Assembly: GCF_001447785.1 (NCBI RefSeq)
Contig: NW_015172014.1
Coordinates: 852,667 to 916,666, forward strand
Origin: Gekko japonicus
Taxonomy: Eukaryota
Reading direction: 5' to 3'
Length of the DNA stretch: 64,000 nt
Under the pieces are notes generated by a model. That model searched no databases, had not been told where the DNA came from, and saw only the letters and a program-made list of their open reading frames with translations. Each line of letters begins with the position of its first letter. Within the stretch, counting starts at the first letter, position 1. This document shows, piece after piece, positions 58,906-64,000 of the stretch. A program made the position numbers and the translations under genes.

Positions 58906-61900
58906 ATGAGCTACATCATCCGCCCCTGGGCCCTGAAAGACCTCAAGGCCGTCGTGCGGCTTATTAGGGTGAGAAGCTGTTGGGGGGGGGGAGGTTAGAA
59001 CCCCAGAACAGAGGAGACAGGGAGGGCAGAGGAGGCTGAAAGGCGGACCAATAGATGAATTTGCCCCCCCCTCCAGATTCTGGTTTGTTTTTGGTCTGGG
59101 TGGGTGGGCAACGGGGGGGGGGAAGAGTGGTTGGGCTAAGAGGCCCAGATGCAAATCTCCGTTTCTGCTGTAAAGCTCGCTGCGTGACTCACTCACTCAG
59201 CCTAACCTACCTCACAGGGTTGTTGTGAGAGTGAAATAGGATTATGGCATAAACTCCTTGGAGGAAGGAGGCGATAAAAGTGTGCTGGACGGACAGACAT
59301 TTATTTGGATGGGCTAGGCTGCCTATTTCGTAAGACCTTTACGATTCTCTGGAAAACATTCCCTGAAGATCTGATAGGCAAGCCGAAGGTTCGCACTTGT
59401 GGTCCGGCGAGTCCTTTTCAGTCACCTGTGTAAGGATGCTGTCTGGCCCTTGCTGGGTTTAAGGGCACTCAGATGAGTTTTCTGGAGGGTGGGGAAGAGG
59501 TTGGTCACTGTGATGCCAGTGAGGGACTCCTGGAAATCCGCTTTCCCAGAGACTCTGGGGGGGATCTGCCCGGATGCCGAAGCATCAATGTATCCCGTCT
59601 TGATCTGTTTCAGGAATCGGCTTCTCTTCACAAAGCCCTGGACCAGGTGAAAACGACCCCAGAGAGTAAGGAAGGGGGCTATATATTCCGTCATCGCCAT
59701 TCCTCAGTCAGACTGTTGCTGCCTTAGTGTTTGTTGTGTCCTACTAAAGCGTGGAGTGCCTTCTCCCCCAAGAGAACCCAGGAGTCCCGGATCTCTGCCC
59801 AAGACCCCTCCCGGCCCATTTTTCTCCCTCCAGAAGGACCCCCAACCGGACTCTACTCTCTTTCCCATCCTGGATTGTGTTTTCCTGAACTCAGAAGTTT
59901 GGGCAAAGCAGAGCAGCTGCGTTTCCTCTTCTCCTGTAAACATTTGACACGGGGGGGGGGGTTTGTGGCCCATTGGCAGGCCCTCGGCGTGCTGAGCACT
60001 GGTCCCTCTTGGGGATTCCTGCAAAGAACAGGGATGAGGTGACCAGGCAAGGCCGTTCTTGGGTTGGTAAGCCACCCTGGATCAGTGACGGCATGGCTGC
60101 AAAAAGAGATCCAGAACAGACTGGCTCTCCAGCTTTGGTGTTGTGGTTAAGTGAGTGGACTCTAATCTGGGAGGACCGGGTTTGATTACCCACTCCTCCA
60201 TTTGCACCTGCCAGATGACCTTGGGCAAGCCGTAGTTCTGACAAGAGCTGTTCTTGAAAAAGAGCAGTTTCTGTCAGGGTTCTCTCAGCCCCACCTGCCT
60301 CACAGGGTGTCNNNNNNNNNNNNNNNNNNNNNNNNNNNNNNNNNNNNNNNNNNNNNNNNNNNNNNNNNNNNNNNNNNNNNNNNNNNNNNNNNNNNNNNNN
60401 NNNNNNNNNNNNNNNNNNNNNNNNNNNNNNNNNNNNNNNNNNNNNNNNNNNNNNNNNNNNNNNNNNNNNNNNNNNNNNNNNNNNNNNNNNNNNNNNNNNN
60501 NNNNNNNNNNNNNNNNNNNNNNNNNNNNNNNNNNNNNNNNNNNNNNNNNNNNNNNNNGTCCGAGGTCATCCAGGCAGGTGCAAGTGGAGGAGTGGGGAAT
60601 CAAACCCGGTCCTCCCAGATTAGAGTCCGCGCACTTAACCACGACACCAAACTGACTCTGAGACTCCCTTGGGTAGTGAAGGGTGGGGTATACATCCAAT
60701 CTCCTCTTCCTCCTCCTCCTCCTCCTCTTCTTCTTCTTCCTGGATCGCAGGAAGTCTAGAAAAGCCATTTCAGACTGAGGGGGAGCCCAGCTGGCCTTTT
60801 AGGCCTACCCCACCCCACCCCGACCCGTCCCACCCTCCTGGGACAGGCTGCCACTCCAAAGTGCACATCCACTTGGGCCTACTTGAAGCGACGACACGGG
60901 GGCTCCCTTATGATTTTAATTTTTTGAAATCATGTTATTTCCCCCTCCCCAATGTTTTCTCCCTAGTGCTCAGAGATGACGGTTTTAGGGAAGATGCCAC
61001 CTTTGGGTCCCTGGTAGCCGAGGTGCCCCCAGAACAGAGAAGCAAAGAGGGTAAGAGAGCACGAGGGCTGTTCAGAGACCTTTGGGACAAAATTCTGGGA
61101 CTCGCAGGGCCAGGAAAGTCCTGTGCTTTGCTTTCAAGTGACTTGGGGGTTGGGGAGGGGCCGTGGCTCAGTGGTAGGACATCTGCTTGGGATGCAGAAG
61201 GTCCCAGGTTGAACCCCCGGCATCTCCAGTTAAAAGGACCAGGCGGGAGGTGATCTGGAAGACCTCTGCCTGAGACCCTGGAGCCACTGCCAGTCTGAGT
61301 ACACAAGACTGACCCTGACGGAGCGAAAGGTCTGATTCAGTATAAAGCAGCTTCATGCGTCTGTCTGGTTGCCACCAATGCTCCCTCTAAGCTGCGGAGT
61401 CTTGTGAGCAAAAATTCAACATTGTGAGCTACTGGCATTAAAGTTGTGAGCGAGCGATTTGGCTGCTGCATAAATTAGTTTGCTCTGGAGCCACCCTTCC
61501 TGAGCTAAGACAAAAATGTGTGGGCCGGAGGCTAAAAAACTGTGAGCTGGCTCACACTAACTCAGCTTAGAGGGAACACTGGTTGCCACCCCTGCACGGA
61601 CCTTCTATGCAAGGAGGGTCCAGGATAGCTGCCGGCAGCCATGGAGTTGGTCCTTCAAGGGCCTCCCCAAACTGTGGGCTGAGAGGCAGCCTTACCTAGA
61701 GCAGGATTCATGGCGGAGAAGCCCTGGCTAGTGAGAGACCCTGGTGTAGTCGGGGCAGCCAGGTGTCCTCAGTTTGGTCCTCACCTGTGTCAGACAAGCC
61801 AGGGCCACTCGCAGCGCCTGCAACTGCAACTGCAGCGTGGAGGTGAAGGTTAACCTGGCCTGCCTTACAGAGGTGTTGGATCCATTGCCGGCGAATGTAG

Positions 61901-63320
61901 GCAAAGCACTCTGAAAGACCTGCAACTGCAGCGTGGAAGTGAAGGTTAACCTGGCCTACCTTACAGAGGTGTTGGATCCATTTCCGGCGAATGTAGGCAA
62001 AGCACTCTGAAAGCACCGTACAAATGGCGGTTCTCTCTGCTGTAAAGGGGAGTTAAAGAACAAAACAGAAAGCCCCTGGCCAGTCTGAAGGGAGGGAAAT
62101 CTGTCGCCTTCCAGGACTGCAGAGCAGTTATCAGGCTGTGAACCTGAGCAAAAATCCAGCCTGTTGGCTCTTCTGAAGGATAACATCTTCATTTGGAGTA
62201 CTGTGTACAGTTCTGGTCACCACACCTCAAAAGGGATATTATAGCATTGGAAAAAGTGCAGAAAAGGGCAACAAGAATGATAAATGGGTCAGAACACCTT
62301 CCCTATGAAGAAAGGTTAAAGCGCTTGGGGCTCTTTAGCTTGGAGAAATGACGGCTGAGGGGTGACATGATCGAGGTTTATAAGATTATGCATGGGATAC
62401 AGCAGGTCGAGAAAAAGGTATTTTCTCCCTTTCTCACCATACAAGAACTCGTGGGCACTCCATGAAATTGCTGAGCGGCCGGGTTAGAACGGATAAAAGG
62501 AAGTCCTTCTTCACCCAAAGAGTGATTAACACATAGGATTCACTGCCACAGGAGGTGGTGGTGGCTACAAGCATGGACGGCTTCAAAAGGGAATTAGATA
62601 AGCATCTGGAGCAGAGGTCCATCAGTGGCTTTTAGCCACAAGGTATAGATAGGAACCCACAGGCTGGGGCAGGTGATGCCCTGCCTTCTTGGTGCTTGGG
62701 GGGGGGGGCAACAGTGGGAGGGCTTCTAGTGTCCTGGCCCCACTGTTGGACCTCCTGAGGGCACCTGGTATTTTTGGCCACTGCATGACAGAGTGTTGGA
62801 CTAGATGAGCCATTGGCCTGATCCAACATTCCCTTCTCTTATGTTCTCATGTTGTCACTGGGAGTTGCAGCTCCCCTCTCTTTCTGTGGCAATAGCTTAT
62901 GCTGCAGGTGCAGGGGAGGAAGGGAGTCGTCTCGTCCGCTGGCTCACCCCCCAGCCAGCCCCCAGGCCTTCCTTCCACACCGTTCCTGCCAGGACCATAT
63001 GAGATCCTGCGACTTGACTGTGTAATAAATTATGCACTGCAAGTGAACACTTCCCTGTTTGCAGAAGATTAAATCGCATCATGTAGCATTATTGTCAGTT
63101 CAGCAAATACAGTAATTGCAAAATTGAAATCTGAAGAGAGGGCCGCGGCTGGGCCGTTGCCACCTAGACAGCCGTCTCCTCGTCTGACGATGGGTTTCCC
63201 CTTCCTCTCCCTGCCCAGGTGACACAATTGTTGGGTACCAGTTCCATTATTTGACCTACTGCACATGGGATGGCCATATTCTCTTTGGTGAAGATCTCTA
63301 CGTGCTCCCAGGTTTCAGAG
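58906..63320 (+). CDS. SAT2-like paralogue B, exons 1-4 (3'-partial; exons 5-6 not seen in the window)
   Basis: join(58906..58968,59614..59665,60967..61050,63219..63320); sizes 63/52/84/102, GT-AG, in frame: [101 protein letters not shown]. Confidence 0.9.
61824..62013. repeat. 96-bp tandem duplication
   Basis: CTGCAACTGCAGCGTGGA..GCAAAGCACTCTGAAAG at 61824 and 61920. Confidence 0.85.
62190..62850 (+). mobile_element. CR1 LINE 3' fragment
   Basis: Near-identical to 44620-45304, with small indels and stops. Confidence 0.9.
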
Positions 63321-64000
63321 GTGAGAAGGATGTTGGGATGCTTCTAAGCATGCACAGAGTGTTTCTCTCTCACTGCTGGAGATTGGTGGAAAGTGATCAA
63401 GGGTCTCTGCCTTCTGGACTCGCTGCACAAGAAGTGAACCTCGCTTGGTGTAATCAAGTCCCTTGGAGAGAGCCAGTTTGGTGCAGTGGTTAAGCGTGCA
63501 GACTCTAATCTGGGAGAACCGGGTTTGATTCCCCACGCCTCCACATGCAGCTGCTGGATGACCTTGGGCAAGCCATAGTTCTGTCAGAGCTGTCCTTGGA
63601 AAAGAGCAGTTTCTGTCAGAGCTCTCTCAGCCCCCACCTACCTCGCAGGGTCTCTGTTATGGGGAGGGGAAGGGAAAGGAGTTTGTAAGCCGCTCTAAGA
63701 CTCCGTGTGAAGGGCNNNNNNNNNNNNNNNNNNNNNNNNNNNNNNNNNNNNNNNNNNNNNNNNNNNNNNNNNNNNNNNNNNNNNNNNNNNNNNNNNNNNN
63801 NNNNNNNNNNNNNNNNNNNNNNNNNNNNNNNNNNNNNNNNNNNNNNNNNNNNNNNNNNNNNNNNNNNNNNNNNNNNNNNNNCCCCAGTTCACAGAAGGCT
63901 TTCAGATCAGCAGGCTTGAGTATCTCTTGCTTGAGAAATGAACAGTTTCCTCTGGCTGTTGTTGCCCCTGGCACCTAGGGAGTGTGAACCCCAGATACAG

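Noticed and set aside
60128-60745. SINE with an internal inversion
   Set aside because: It spans an N-gap, so mis-assembly is as likely as biology.

Overview
Vertebrate genomic DNA, GC-rich and dense in transposable elements (TEs), with many N-gaps at poly-G/C runs. The SINE and MITE families point to a squamate, probably a gecko. I reconstructed four spliced protein-coding genes by hand from GT-AG exons: (1) FGF11 exons 2-5 (+, 9300-20554; exon 1 not found in the window); (2) a complete 11-exon CHRNB1, the muscle nicotinic receptor beta subunit (+, 28464-45522, 494 aa), with an E-box/N-box promoter; (3) a complete 6-exon SAT2-like GNAT gene, 'SAT-A' (-, 56466-51423, 173 aa); (4) exons 1-4 of a second, divergently transcribed SAT2-like paralogue, 'SAT-B' (+, 58906-63320, running off the window). 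The most interesting signal is the head-to-head SAT pair. SAT-A has an intact ORF, intact splice sites and a polyA signal. Yet it lacks the catalytic Tyr140, the motif-A Gly104, Trp132-Asn133 and Glu28, and it ends in a PTS1-like -SKF. It is therefore a candidate pseudo-enzyme or neofunctionalised partner of SAT-B, and an LTR-like promoter sits between the two genes. Other oddities: a Val-Leu to Asp-Met change in CHRNB1 M3, an AT-rich multi-hairpin insertion with a 17-nt flanking direct repeat, tandem SINE and CR1-tail arrays, and possible unannotated small exons between FGF11 and CHRNB1. All alignments were made by eye against recalled human sequences; no searches were run. TE boundaries are approximate.
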